DNA of 64,000 nt, taken from the IMG/VR virus record IMGVR_UViG_3300035182_001315. One strand, 5' to 3'. Positions 1-10,143 of this stretch are shown piece after piece. The notes below the pieces were generated by a model. The model searched no databases, was not told the origin of the DNA, and saw only the letters and a list, made by a program, of their open reading frames with translations. The position numbers were made by a program, and so were the translations under genes. The number at the start of each line of letters is the position of its first letter. Position 1 is the first letter of the stretch. Source of the DNA: a virus (taxonomy: Duplodnaviria > Caudoviricetes).

Positions 1-1
1 T

Positions 2-2305
2 TCAAGAGCTGGAAAAGAAAAGCTTCCGTTTTCGGATGAATCTCAGAAGGTAATGAAAAATTTGGATGCTGAATGCAAGAACTTTAATGACAGAATGATT
101 GACACAACCCATGTTATTCTTTCAATCCTTGCTAATAAAACACCTTCAACAACCTTACTTAGCGAAGTAGGTGTAACTTACAAAACTTTTAAATCAGCTA
201 TGTTAGACATCAACGGAACAAACACAGACCCAAAGAGCGAACATTTCGAAGAAAATGAAGATTTTCCAGAAACCCCAGAACCAGCAAAAAGAAACAAAAA
301 AGTGAAAGAAGCATCAAAAACTCCAGTCCTTGACAACTTCTGTCGTGATATCAGCAAGGCAGTTGAACGTGGCGAAATTGACCCAGTTGTTGGCCGTGCC
401 AAAGAAATCAAAAGAATGGCCCAAATTCTTTCCAGAAGAAAGAAGAATAATCCAGTTCTTATCGGTGAGCCGGGAGTGGGCAAAACAGCTATCGTTGAAG
501 GCTTGGCCCAGATGATTTATGATGGCAACGCCCCAAGACCTCTTATTGGTAAAAGAATCGTTGCTTTGGACCTTGCAGTATTGGTTGCCGGTACCAAATA
601 CCGTGGCCAGTTTGAAGAAAGAATGAAAGCCGTATTACAGGAATGTAAGGCTAACCCAGATGTTGTTCTCTTCATTGATGAACTTCATACAATTATGGGT
701 GCCGGTAACGCATCAGGTTCATTGGACGCATCAAACATCTTCAAGCCACCTTTGGCTCGTGGAGAACTTCAGGTTATCGGTGCAACAACACTTGATGAAT
801 TCAGAGAATCTATTGAAAAAGACGGTGCTCTTAACAGAAGATTCATTCAGGTATTGGTTGAAGAACCAACCGTGGAAGAAACCATCATTGTCCTTAAGAA
901 CATAAAGTCCAAATACGAAGCTCACCACAAGGTGACATATACCGATGAGGCTATCGAAGAGTGCGCAAGACTTGCTCACAGATACATCACGGACAAATTT
1001 TTACCAGACAAGGCCATCGATGTTATGGATGAGGCCGGTGCTGCAACAAACATTGAGTTTGAAAAGCCGCAAATCATAAAGGACCTTCAAGCAAAGAGAG
1101 ATATTATCCTTTCCAAGAAAAAGGATGTTGTCAACAAACAGAAGTACGAAGAAGCCGCTATGCTCAGAGATGAGGAAAGAAAGGTTGAAGAACAATTGAA
1201 GGCCGAGCTGAAGGAACTTAATGCAAAGCTCGACAAAAAAATTACTCCAGTTGGTGTTGAGAATATCGCTGAAATCGTGTCAATGATGACAGGTATTCCA
1301 CTTACAAAGGTTTCAAGCCAAGAAAGCAAGAGACTGAAGAATCTGGATAAAGAACTTCAAGGCAAGGTTATCGGTCAGGACGAAGCGATTACAAAGGTTG
1401 TTAAGGCAATCAGAAGAAATCGTGTTGGTATTACCGACAAGAACAAGCCAATGGGCTCATTTATCTTCCTTGGCCCTACAGGTGTGGGAAAAACAGAACT
1501 TGCAAAGCTTTTGGCAAAGCAAGTGTTCGGTGACGAAGAAGCAATGATTCGTATCGATATGAGTGAATACATGGAGAAGTTCTCCATAAGCAGACTTATC
1601 GGTGCGCCTCCGGGCTACGTGGGTTATGATGAAGGTGGCCAGCTTACCGAAAAGGTAAGAAGAAAGCCTTATTCCTTGGTTCTTTTGGATGAAATCGAAA
1701 AGGCTCATGAAGATGTTTATAACCTTCTGTTGCAAATTTTGGAAGACGGTCACTTAACTGACGGTCTGGGTAGAAAGGTAAACTTCAAGAATACCCTTAT
1801 CATCATGACATCGAACATCGGTACCGCTGAATTGGCTGCAATTGGTAGCTCAGTTGGTTTCCAAACGCTCGTTAGTGGTGCTCAGGACCTTTCAAGAGAA
1901 AAGGCTGTTATCGACAAGGCATTGAAGAAGAAGTTCAGACCAGAATTCTTGAACCGTCTGGATGATGCAATTGCCTTCAACCACTTGACTCAGGAAGACA
2001 TGCACAAGATTATTTACATGGAATTGGATAAGGTTCATGCAAGGCTCAAGGAACAAGGTTACAAGTTGACCATTTCTGAAGATGCCGTTAAGCATTTGGC
2101 CGTGGAAGGATACAGCAACGAATTCGGCGCAAGGCCGCTGAAGCGTGTTCTTCAGAAGCAGATTGAAGACCCTGTGGCTGATAATATCTTGGACGAAAGC
2201 CTTGTAAAGGGTGGAACGATTAAGATAGGATTCGACAAAACAGAGAAAGTCATAACGGTGAAAGTCACCGGCGTTTCGAAAGAAGCGAAAGAAGCGGTAG
2301 AATAA
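2..2305 (+). CDS. clpC: ATP-dependent Clp protease ATPase subunit (ClpC/ClpB family), 5' end lies outside the window
   Basis: Two AAA+ modules ([15 protein letters not shown]; [17 protein letters not shown]), UVR-type coiled coil ([14 protein letters not shown]), GARPLKR. The frame is open from base 2 to the Met at 53. Confidence 0.93.
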   Translation, partial: SRAGKEKLPFSDESQKVMKNLDAECKNFNDRMIDTTHVILSILANKTPSTTLLSEVGVTYKTFKSAMLDINGTNTDPKSEHFEENEDFPETPEPAKRNKKVKEASKTPVLDNFCRDISKAVERGEIDPVVGRAKEIKRMAQILSRRKKNNPVLIGEPGVGKTAIVEGLAQMIYDGNAPRPLIGKRIVALDLAVLVAGTKYRGQFEERMKAVLQECKANPDVVLFIDELHTIMGAGNASGSLDASNIFKPPLARGELQVIGATTLDEFRESIEKDGALNRRFIQVLVEEPTVEETIIVLKNIKSKYEAHHKVTYTDEAIEECARLAHRYITDKFLPDKAIDVMDEAGAATNIEFEKPQIIKDLQAKRDIILSKKKDVVNKQKYEEAAMLRDEERKVEEQLKAELKELNAKLDKKITPVGVENIAEIVSMMTGIPLTKVSSQESKRLKNLDKELQGKVIGQDEAITKVVKAIRRNRVGITDKNKPMGSFIFLGPTGVGKTELAKLLAKQVFGDEEAMIRIDMSEYMEKFSISRLIGAPPGYVGYDEGGQLTEKVRRKPYSLVLLDEIEKAHEDVYNLLLQILEDGHLTDGLGRKVNFKNTLIIMTSNIGTAELAAIGSSVGFQTLVSGAQDLSREKAVIDKALKKKFRPEFLNRLDDAIAFNHLTQEDMHKIIYMELDKVHARLKEQGYKLTISEDAVKHLAVEGYSNEFGARPLKRVLQKQIEDPVADNILDESLVKGGTIKIGFDKTEKVITVKVTGVSKEAKEAVE

Positions 2306-2308
2306 ATT

Positions 2309-2336
2309 TAAAACCCCACTTTTTGTGGGGTTTTTT
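2309..2336. terminator. Rho-independent (bidirectional) terminator
   Basis: AAAACCCCAC-TTTT-GTGGGGTTTTTT hairpin directly after the clpC stop. Confidence 0.8.
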
Positions 2337-2344
2337 GATATTTA

Positions 2345-2752
2345 TTGGATATGAAAGGGTTAATTAAACATTTACTAAGAGAAGGACTATTTGACGCTGA
2401 TTCAGAAAAGCAAAAGGCTTTATTGGATAAGTTTGTTGAATTTGCATGCGATTTCTTAAAGATTCCTAAATCCAAGGTTATCTTAAGGTTCGACCGTGAT
2501 GGACTTACAACAACCGCTGCTTATGGCAACGGCGAAACTCAAGTCTATGCGAAGGACCGTGCTATTGTTGACATCATGCGCTCCATTGCCCATGAATTAA
2601 CCCATAACAAACAGGATGTTGAAAAGAGACTTCAACAAGATAAACACGAAACTCAAAATGCTGCCGGTTCACCAATCGAAAATGAGGCGAACGCTACTGC
2701 CGGTGTGATAATGAGAAAGTTCGGTGAAATGTATCCAATAATTTATCAATAA
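2345..2752 (+). CDS. Zincin-like HExxH protein
   Basis: RSIAHELTH motif followed by a distal ENEAN. Confidence 0.6.
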   Translation: MDMKGLIKHLLREGLFDADSEKQKALLDKFVEFACDFLKIPKSKVILRFDRDGLTTTAAYGNGETQVYAKDRAIVDIMRSIAHELTHNKQDVEKRLQQDKHETQNAAGSPIENEANATAGVIMRKFGEMYPIIYQ

Positions 2753-3055
2753 ATGAAACTCGAAGAACTTTTAGAAAGAGCCAAGGACCTTATCCTGAAC
2801 GGAACAATCAAAGGCTACACTTCCCAAATGTTTGAGGAAGCTGTAAAGAACGACCCTGTTCTATTCGCAGAATTATTGGATGAAGTCGGCCAGCAAGTAA
2901 AGGATTCAGATAGCCACAAGCAAACCGTAAGCATTTACGGCGAAGAACTCTCCGGCGTGGCCCTTGCATTCCATATGCTGAAGGTCGCAGAAGAACAAGG
3001 GATACAGGAAAATTTTATCAGAAGCCTTGTCTACAAAAAATTAAGAATCCTTTAA
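2753..3055 (+). CDS. hypothetical protein
   Basis: 100-aa ORF abutting the previous gene. Confidence 0.7.
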   Translation: MKLEELLERAKDLILNGTIKGYTSQMFEEAVKNDPVLFAELLDEVGQQVKDSDSHKQTVSIYGEELSGVALAFHMLKVAEEQGIQENFIRSLVYKKLRIL

Positions 3056-3140
3056 CCCAACATATTCATGGCTGAAACAAATCCTTTTGTTGTCAGTGTA
3101 ATGACCATTGTGAATATTCTTGTGAGTAACATCAATTCTA
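3050..3140 (-). pseudogene. Diverged duplicate of the GNAT gene 3' end
   Basis: EFRIDVTHKNIHNGHYTDNKRICFSHEYVG vs KLRTDVTHKNVFNNHYTDNKRLCGSFEYIG, with many synonymous differences. Confidence 0.65.
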
Positions 3141-3614
3141 AATTCTATTTTCGCCGATGTACTCAAAACTACCACATAATCGCTTATTGTCTGTATAGTG
3201 ATTATTAAAAACATTTTTATGGGTAACATCGGTTCTTAATTTCTTATGTTTATTAGTTGGTTTCCATAGTGGGGATTTTTCACGATAATCTATCATGCGT
3301 GGGTGTGCTGTACGTGAGAAGTACCTGTGGCCCTGTTCCAGATGGATTTGCGCCAGTGCATCCGAAAACCTAACACCAATACCCAATCCTTGAAAGTCAG
3401 GCAGGATAACCGTCCTGTGACCTCTCCAGCCATTCTTGAAATACGGGTTCGGCATCGACATGGTTGCACCAAACGCCACAATCTCATCCTGCCAGATTCC
3501 TACATAACATCTGGCGACATTATTGATATCACCACTTAGATAATGATGGTTCTTAAACATGGGCCATATATGATAGCTCGCTCTGTATACTTCAATCCTG
3601 ATTTCTGGGCGGAC
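3138..3614 (-). CDS. GNAT-like acetyltransferase domain, probably expressed as a -1 frameshift fusion to the upstream ABC ATPase
   Basis: RTVILPDFQGLGIG acetyl-CoA motif. The frame stays open upstream of the Met at 3560 (VRPEIRIEVYRASYHIWP) back to a GGG-T9 run. Confidence 0.8.
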   Translation of the reverse strand, partial: VRPEIRIEVYRASYHIWPMFKNHHYLSGDINNVARCYVGIWQDEIVAFGATMSMPNPYFKNGWRGHRTVILPDFQGLGIGVRFSDALAQIHLEQGHRYFSRTAHPRMIDYREKSPLWKPTNKHKKLRTDVTHKNVFNNHYTDNKRLCGSFEYIGENRI

Positions 3615-4213
3615 AAAAAAAAACCCTGATTGAATTCCCCAGAATCGGTATCAATTACCCAATCAGGTTCCAGCCAATCCAAGATATCCCTGTGACATGT
3701 GGCCACAACTACATTGTTTATCTCATTGCTCTTAAGGTATCTCGAAAGGGACACGGATGCAGCCCTTGCAACATTCCTATCCACCACGCTGGTAAACTCA
3801 TCAATAATGCTACCTGACTTAAGCTTTCTGGCAAGGTCAGCCCTGAACTTTTCACCGTTGGAAAGGATGTCATAAGGCTTGTACCATGAGGGAATGCTGT
3901 TTAACCCAACCGCACCCATCTTATTGATGGCTTCATCGGGGTCATTGAAATGAGAAAGTATGGATTTTGTGTTATCCCAAACTGGGGTATCTTCGGTACC
4001 AAACTGGTTAAGCAGTGTTGATTTGCCGGAGCCGGATGAGCCAACAATAACGCCGAGTCTGAATGTTTGAGGAATGGTTGCCGGTACCTGCCATGGCAAG
4101 AAGGTTGATGTGCCGTTGAATGCGCAATCAAAAGCCTTTTCACTGGCTAATATAAACTTATCTTTGGTAACTTGAGCGACCAGTGGCTGGTCAGACCTGA
4201 GCAATTTTTCCAT
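3536..4213 (-). CDS. ABC-type ATPase (phage ABC-GNAT family)
   Basis: Walker A GSSGSGKST, signature LSNGEK, Walker B IIDEF, CHRD H-loop. Confidence 0.88.
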   Translation of the reverse strand: MEKLLRSDQPLVAQVTKDKFILASEKAFDCAFNGTSTFLPWQVPATIPQTFRLGVIVGSSGSGKSTLLNQFGTEDTPVWDNTKSILSHFNDPDEAINKMGAVGLNSIPSWYKPYDILSNGEKFRADLARKLKSGSIIDEFTSVVDRNVARAASVSLSRYLKSNEINNVVVATCHRDILDWLEPDWVIDTDSGEFNQGFFLSAQKSGLKYTERAIIYGPCLRTIII

Positions 4214-4320
4214 CCCTGAGAATATACGGATGGTTGGGAAGATGTCAAGAGATTCATAAAATAGAATAGCTTGTGGATTTTAACACCCACAAGCTGTACT
4301 ATTTATTTGTTGTTTTTAAC

Positions 4321-4524
4321 TTATTTCTTGCCTTCAGTAAGCTTGTTTAGCTTCTCTTCCAAGTTGTTCAACTTTGTTTCCAAAATTGCGTTCTTGTCAC
4401 CCTTAGCAGCTTGTTCAGCTAACCATTCTTTCTTCTTAACGCTAACCGCTTCTGTAACAATTCCATCGATTAAATCTACCAAAGCAGATTCTGTAATTCT
4501 AACGGTTGTTTTTATTTTTGACAT
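4321..4524 (-). CDS. hypothetical coiled-coil protein
   Basis: Plausible start MSKIKTT at 4524. The longer ORF-track start is antisense to the next gene region. Confidence 0.6.
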   Translation of the reverse strand: MSKIKTTVRITESALVDLIDGIVTEAVSVKKKEWLAEQAAKGDKNAILETKLNNLEEKLNKLTEGKK

Positions 4525-4603
4525 AATAATGTGTTTTAGGGATTCTTTATCTCTTAATAAATATGTTTCGTTTCCAAAAAAGATAAAAAAACCTAAAAAA
4601 TTA

Positions 4604-5128
4604 TTAATGTGCATATTTATCCCCGGCGTAGGATGCTGCCCACGCTTCTGGCTTGATTTTGAAGTCGTAACCCATACCCAGAATGTAACCAATAGCAGAG
4701 CTAAGGGCCTTGTGAGACTCCCATCTTGGGTCAGGGTTAATGTCGGCGTGAATTTCAAGCTTGATACCCCACTTGTCCAAAAGAGGTGCGATTTCGTAGG
4801 CAACCTCGATAGACTTGCTAACTTCGGTCATCATACGTTCGTTTACACCTTCCTTGTTCATTTTGTGAACATTCATCTTGAAGCTTCTTTCGATACACTT
4901 TCCACCCAATCCCTTTGTTACACCACCGCCAAGGTCTTCCCTTACGTTGATAAGGATTACAGTCGCAAACTTATAGCCACGACCTTCCCTCTGAGAGTCA
5001 GTACCAACTGAAACCAGCATGATGTGTCCTTTAGCTCTTTCTTCCTGAATCAGGTTTTCAAGATATTCCAAGATTGGAAGTTCAATTAACCGACCTGCTC
5101 TGTACCATGTGTTTGTCTTCTGTGCCAT
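4604..5128 (-). CDS. RNase H-like protein (DUF458/YkuK type)
   Basis: VSVGTDSQ, RMMTEVSKSIEVA and LEIHADIN acidic motifs. Confidence 0.75.
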   Translation of the reverse strand: MAQKTNTWYRAGRLIELPILEYLENLIQEERAKGHIMLVSVGTDSQREGRGYKFATVILINVREDLGGGVTKGLGGKCIERSFKMNVHKMNKEGVNERMMTEVSKSIEVAYEIAPLLDKWGIKLEIHADINPDPRWESHKALSSAIGYILGMGYDFKIKPEAWAASYAGDKYAH

Positions 5129-5195
5129 AAAAATTTTTTTTATCTGTTAAATAAAAAAGTCCCCAGCTAATGAGGACTTATTATCTTATAAGGTG

Positions 5196-6614
5196 TTATA
5201 TCTTTGTTTGTGGTAATAACTCCTTTAATTTCTGATAATTGGCAGTCCCTATTTCATCTTCCTTTACAACGATACGGAATAATGAACCGCCGTTGCTCTT
5301 ATCCAAATATTTAATTTCCTCAGGAATATGCTTTAACCTGTTGCCAAGAAGGTTGAGTAAGTCAACGTTCTTCAGGTTGCCAATTTCCTTTGGAAGTGAT
5401 GTTAGGTTGTTCCCCGGCAAAGACAGCATTTCAAGTGTTGTCAGATTACCAACCGATGGATGCAATTCACAAAGCTTCGCATTCGAAATGATAAGCTGTT
5501 CGATGTTCTTAAACTTTGAGATATCAGGAAGTCTTGGAATTTCTCTGGTGGTGATTTTGATTGATGGAGAATTTGCATCCAGCAATTCAAAAAGACTCTC
5601 AGCAAAACCAAACTTTATCAGATAGTCCAAATATTTGTTCTTATCGATACCAGTTTTGTTGGCCTTCGCCATCGCCATTAATTCTTCATAGAAAAAATTG
5701 GTAAGCCCTTCGCTTTGCCTTAAAACTTTTTCATAGATGCTTACGTTCCCTGAGTTGCTTCTGTCCTTTAACTGGTCAGTCTCAAAGTGAATCTGATAAA
5801 GCTCTTGGGATTCTCCCGTGAAAAACTTATTGTTGATAATGATATACAAATTTGATGTTGGCCCCAGCGGTGTTTTATACGAAGTGTAATTCGTAAACAT
5901 ACCGTTGTTTTTTCTCGCCGTACACCAGTTCGCAAAACCATCAAATACTTCACTCGCATCTGTTGACTTCGGAATATAAAGTGTAAACTTTCTATCCTTA
6001 ACAGGAATGATAGCCTGCCCTATATCAACAAATCTTGTTATCTTCCTTTCAACTGCGCTTGGTTCCCTCTCAATAAATGGGTCAACCGCATCAAACAATT
6101 GAGATAAGGATTTATACTGGTTTATATCCGTAGGGTCTTTGATATCTTTTACAATATATGAACCCTTGCATAATTCCTTGAATCTTTGTTTTCTTTTATT
6201 ACCTTCAAACAGAGTGATATACGCACTCGCCTGTGGCAAATCCTCAACCGCAAATCTCAACGCCATATCCAAAGCAGTACCACCTTTCCAGATATATCTT
6301 GTGAATGTATTAAGCATCCACTGTACATACGACTTGTTCGGTGTTGGGTCGGCAGCAATCATCGCAGTAAAGGTTTTCAGCTCGATGCTGATTTTCTTTA
6401 TCTGCCTGTCCTTAACCTCAGAAGTACTCTTGGTCCATGTTAGGGCAAGCGGTGATTCTTCGGTTCCAATTAACTTAACCTTATAACCATCAGCCTCTAA
6501 CGCTGAGATTTTTTCATCAGTTGCTTTGGTTTTTCCCTTTTCGGATATGCCTTCGAAAACATCGAACTTCTCCGCTAAAAACGAAATTCTATCTTTGGTT
6601 TTTTGCTCTGTCAT
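5196..6614 (-). CDS. Phage protein with C-terminal leucine-rich repeats
   Basis: LPDISKFKNIEQLIIS / LHPSVGNLTTLEMLSL / LPKEIGNLKNVDLLNL / IPEEIKYL repeats; N-terminal DPTPNKSYVQW, DINQYKSL and NWCTA motifs. Confidence 0.75.
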   Translation of the reverse strand: MTEQKTKDRISFLAEKFDVFEGISEKGKTKATDEKISALEADGYKVKLIGTEESPLALTWTKSTSEVKDRQIKKISIELKTFTAMIAADPTPNKSYVQWMLNTFTRYIWKGGTALDMALRFAVEDLPQASAYITLFEGNKRKQRFKELCKGSYIVKDIKDPTDINQYKSLSQLFDAVDPFIEREPSAVERKITRFVDIGQAIIPVKDRKFTLYIPKSTDASEVFDGFANWCTARKNNGMFTNYTSYKTPLGPTSNLYIIINNKFFTGESQELYQIHFETDQLKDRSNSGNVSIYEKVLRQSEGLTNFFYEELMAMAKANKTGIDKNKYLDYLIKFGFAESLFELLDANSPSIKITTREIPRLPDISKFKNIEQLIISNAKLCELHPSVGNLTTLEMLSLPGNNLTSLPKEIGNLKNVDLLNLLGNRLKHIPEEIKYLDKSNGGSLFRIVVKEDEIGTANYQKLKELLPQTKI

Positions 6615-6672
6615 AGTTTTTCTTTGAAATACCCACGAAGATACTCATTATTCTGATGCAGGGCAAGTTTCT

Positions 6673-7056
6673 TTAGAAAAATCTTTTATAGAAATCTTCC
6701 TCGGCATATTCCTCAATCCTTTTCTTCAGAAAAGACACAAAGGCGTTAAGTTCGTCTGGGTTATATCTTGAGAGGATATCCAACAAAACCTCGTTGGCAT
6801 TTTCCTCGTCAGTAACTCTATATTTTATTTCCTGAAAGTAAATGCCGTCATCCAGTTTGAAGAGTTCACTTATCATCAAGTTATATACTTCCCATCTCGC
6901 CTCGTTCTCTTCGTCACAGTTCTGAATGATGCTGTTGATTAGCTGACTGTATTCTTTATCAAGCTTGGTGTTCTTTCCTTTTCCTTTTTTAACAATGAAA
7001 TCATAACGTTCCATAAAATGAATATTGTGGTAAATGTTATATACCATAAATATCAT
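6673..7056 (-). CDS. hypothetical protein
   Basis: ORF within a co-directional operon. Confidence 0.65.
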   Translation of the reverse strand: MIFMVYNIYHNIHFMERYDFIVKKGKGKNTKLDKEYSQLINSIIQNCDEENEARWEVYNLMISELFKLDDGIYFQEIKYRVTDEENANEVLLDILSRYNPDELNAFVSFLKKRIEEYAEEDFYKRFF

Positions 7057-7093
7057 TCAGTTTTTGAATATCGGCCCCATGAGAGGGAAATAA

Positions 7094-7414
7094 TTAAAAA
7101 TTCTTTATCTTATGATAAAGTCTTTCGAGTTCAGGGGATACGCTTTTAATAGGTTGGATTACCTCTATGCAGACACGGTTTGGGTCCGTATTCTCAGTGA
7201 GTTTATATTGAAGTTCTTTTACTCTAAGATGGTCTTTAATCGAATGTTTTAATTCCAGTATAACCTGATTGTACGTTGCCCAAGCTTTCTTGTCTCTCTG
7301 ATTACCGTTCGCAAGATTGGTCGTTACCTTATTCTCGTACTGTTCTTCCAAGAATGTTTCAAAACTACCATACTGTTCTCTTAGCACACTTTTTATCTTG
7401 CTGCGGATATCCAT
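7094..7414 (-). CDS. hypothetical protein
   Basis: ORF within a co-directional operon. Confidence 0.7.
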   Translation of the reverse strand: MDIRSKIKSVLREQYGSFETFLEEQYENKVTTNLANGNQRDKKAWATYNQVILELKHSIKDHLRVKELQYKLTENTDPNRVCIEVIQPIKSVSPELERLYHKIKNF

Positions 7415-7419
7415 ACCGT

Positions 7420-7758
7420 TTAATTTAACGCCACGTTCTTCGAGAGTCTGTTGTCCTTTATATTACCGAACATCCAATCCTTTATGACCTGTTGGGTAAA
7501 CGCATCTCCAAGCTTATACTTTTTCTTAAAATACTCATACAGGTCCTTCGGTGTAATCGTGGATTCGTCAGCCTTTATCATAACCATAGGCTCTTCATGA
7601 TACTCACCACCCTCACGCATGATGCCAAGCATCGGCTCGTAGTTTGTATCCAAATCCTTAACAAGCCTCTCAACCAACGACTCATGAGCATTAACCTCAT
7701 TAAGACGCTTCTGAAGCTCCTTAAGCTGACTTTCCTTTATAATTAACTTAGTTCCCAT
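7420..7758 (-). CDS. hypothetical protein
   Basis: ORF within a co-directional operon. Confidence 0.7.
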   Translation of the reverse strand: MGTKLIIKESQLKELQKRLNEVNAHESLVERLVKDLDTNYEPMLGIMREGGEYHEEPMVMIKADESTITPKDLYEYFKKKYKLGDAFTQQVIKDWMFGNIKDNRLSKNVALN

Positions 7759-7812
7759 ATACCATAAATATCACTTTAAAACAAAAAAGGACCGCTATGC
7801 GGCCCTAATTTT

Positions 7813-8127
7813 TTAGTTCTTTAATTTGTCTACCATCTGCTGTAGAAGGTTCTTGGTTTGAACGCCCTTAAGCTTTTCAACCACCTCACCACCCTTAAAG
7901 AATAAAATCGCCGGAATACCGCTTATACCATACTTTGAAGTAGACACAGAATTCATGTCTACGTTCAACTTCCCAACCTTTACGTCTGGGTTATTCTTAG
8001 CCAATTCTTCGATAACTGGGCCAAGAACTCGACAAGGGCCACACCACGGTGCCCAAAAGTCTACTACTACCAAGTCGCTGCCACCCAAAAGCTCAGGGAG
8101 ATTCTGGTCTGTAATTTCTAATGCCAT
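7813..8127 (-). CDS. trxA: thioredoxin
   Basis: DFWAPWCGPC active site, cis-Pro motif GIPA, 104 aa. Confidence 0.95.
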   Translation of the reverse strand: MALEITDQNLPELLGGSDLVVVDFWAPWCGPCRVLGPVIEELAKNNPDVKVGKLNVDMNSVSTSKYGISGIPAILFFKGGEVVEKLKGVQTKNLLQQMVDKLKN

Positions 8128-8170
8128 CTTTTTTGTTTTAATTTAATCGCTTGTTATATAAAATAAATAC

Positions 8171-8488
8171 TCAGATAACTGAGTTTCGAAAATATATCTT
8201 CATCAACCGAACCGTCTCTTCAAACAATAACCACTTCTCATTTATAAAGAAATCATAAATGTACTCCATCGCCTCACTAAAACTCAAACCGTAAACCTGA
8301 CTTAAGTAGTTCTGTACCTTGATGATAGGTCTCGTTTCCGCCAAGGTCAACTGCTTCAACCGGATTGATGTTTTAATATTCAAACAAAATCCTCTGTAAC
8401 TCATGTGTTTAGGCATCTTTGCACACTCAAATGCCATCAGCGAACGTTCGCAAATATCATAATAAATAAAACTTTGAATGTTGCTCAT
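8171..8488 (-). CDS. hypothetical protein
   Basis: 105-aa ORF. Confidence 0.6.
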   Translation of the reverse strand: MSNIQSFIYYDICERSLMAFECAKMPKHMSYRGFCLNIKTSIRLKQLTLAETRPIIKVQNYLSQVYGLSFSEAMEYIYDFFINEKWLLFEETVRLMKIYFRNSVI

Positions 8489-8520
8489 TTTGCTAAAAAA
8501 TAAGAATATTTATAAATACC

Positions 8521-8796
8521 ATGGAAACACTACAGGAAAAAAAACTGATGGAAAAGTTTTTAAAGCTTAACTACCCAATTTACCGATTGAAGCACCAAAT
8601 GCGCTTCAAACGTACCATCATTTTCGATACCGGCGAATCCTTCTTGCTTAGTGATAAACAACAAGTGAACGCCCTTTATGTAAGACTATTCGACCTGATT
8701 AGTCTGGTTTTTTGCTCTGACCGTCAATTAATCCGCACCGTACTAAGAGATTTTTTAAACCTGCGAGAGTCTTCAAATACCAATATTTTATCTTAG
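8521..8796 (+). CDS. hypothetical protein
   Basis: 91-aa ORF, divergent from the previous gene. Confidence 0.6.
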   Translation: METLQEKKLMEKFLKLNYPIYRLKHQMRFKRTIIFDTGESFLLSDKQQVNALYVRLFDLISLVFCSDRQLIRTVLRDFLNLRESSNTNILS

Positions 8797-8982
8797 TCCA
8801 GAACGCCACTATCACCGGCGTAATCCCTAACATCATAAAGATGTTCCCATGTGCCTCACCACATAGGCCAAAGATATGTCTTAAAAACTCAATCATGTAA
8901 AAAAAAATTTGCAACAAAGATACAATATCCAAACCAAACTGCAAGTGTTTGACTAAAATTTTATTTTCATTATATTACCCAC

Positions 8983-9504
8983 ATGCCTAAGATTAAACTC
9001 ACCGTAGAACTAATTCCAAAAACCTGTCACTACTCTAACGTCAGAACCACAGTAAAGCCCTCAGAATGGAATAAGATTCGTTTCTTGGCCTACGCCGCAG
9101 CTGGAAATAAATGCCAAATTTGCGCCCAGAATGGCCTTGACCAAGGTTATAAACATAGAGTAGAATGCCATGAAATCTGGAGCTACGATGAAGTTAATAA
9201 GATTCAAGTACTAACCGGCCTCATCGCCCTTTGCCCAAATTGTCATTTAACCAAACATTTTGGACGAGCAAGTGCGATTAACAAACAAGCTGTCGTTTTT
9301 AATCAGCTTGAAATAGTTAATGATTGGGACCACAAAGATTGCTTAAATCATATTGTGGAATCATTTGAACTTTACAAAGAACGGTCTAAGCATAGGTGGA
9401 AATTAGATTTATCACTTCTAACCCAACCGCCATACAATTTGAAAATAAAATTACCAAGTACTCGTAAATTTAAAAAACCAAAATTTAAACGCAAGAAGCG
9501 TTAA
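8983..9504 (+). CDS. HNH-like zinc-binding nuclease family protein
   Basis: CQIC, ECHEIW and LCPNCHLTKH motifs; basic tail. Confidence 0.7.
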   Translation: MPKIKLTVELIPKTCHYSNVRTTVKPSEWNKIRFLAYAAAGNKCQICAQNGLDQGYKHRVECHEIWSYDEVNKIQVLTGLIALCPNCHLTKHFGRASAINKQAVVFNQLEIVNDWDHKDCLNHIVESFELYKERSKHRWKLDLSLLTQPPYNLKIKLPSTRKFKKPKFKRKKR

Positions 9505-9803
9505 AGATTTGTTGGAATATATTCTCTATTTAAAGTCCCATCATTATTTAATTTACTATGAATAATATTATGACAACAAGCACATAATACAGTGCATTTA
9601 TTTAATTCAGGAAGCAAGTTCTCCCAAGATTTTTTTCGGGCTATATTCCAATTAAATTCTTTTTCACTTGGATTTATATGATGAAAATCAAATGATGAGT
9701 AATGTCCTGTGTAATTACATCGTGTACATTTTCCGCCCAAATAATCAATTGCTCTTTGTTGAACATGTTGCGGCCAGCTTTGAACAATATAAAGAAAGGT
9801 CAA
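9501..9803 (-). CDS. HNH endonuclease (likely 5'-truncated)
   Basis: AIDYLGGKCTRC, FDFHH, ELNKCTVLCACCH. Confidence 0.75.
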   Translation of the reverse strand: MTFLYIVQSWPQHVQQRAIDYLGGKCTRCNYTGHYSSFDFHHINPSEKEFNWNIARKKSWENLLPELNKCTVLCACCHNIIHSKLNNDGTLNREYIPTNL

Positions 9804-9943
9804 AACACCAATGGAGCCTTGACCTTTCCCTGTTATGTGAAGAACCTTATAATCTTGAAATTGATGCTTCCCTTAAACGTAAGTTCAAAAGGAAAACCTT
9901 TAAGAAGAAACGGAAGCGAGCGAAGAAAAAGAGTTCTTCCTAA
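9760..9943 (+). pseudogene. Orphaned alternative 3' end of the 8983-9504 gene
   Basis: HVAASFEQYKERSKHQWSLDLSLLCEEPYNL vs HIVESFELYKERSKHRWKLDLSLLTQPPYNL. Confidence 0.75.
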
Positions 9944-10143
9944 ACTCAGCATTCAACTCACGACCACAAACAAATAATGCTGCTTTCTTGTACTCAGGAA
10001 ATTTCGGGTCATCCAACTCATGCTCATCGACCTCTTCAAAATAAGCTGGCTCATGCATATCACGAGTTCCATCATTATAATAGAACGCTGGCTTTAAGGC
10101 ATATTCACCGGCCCGTCAATAACAAAGTATTTTAGAAAGTATC

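Noticed and set aside
4271-5011. 246-aa plus-strand ORF and other antisense ORFs in the track
   Set aside because: They are shadows of well-supported minus-strand genes and show no motifs.
3050-9943. Duplicated 3' ends as DGR template/variable repeats
   Set aside because: Differences are not adenine-restricted, are mostly synonymous, and no reverse transcriptase is present.
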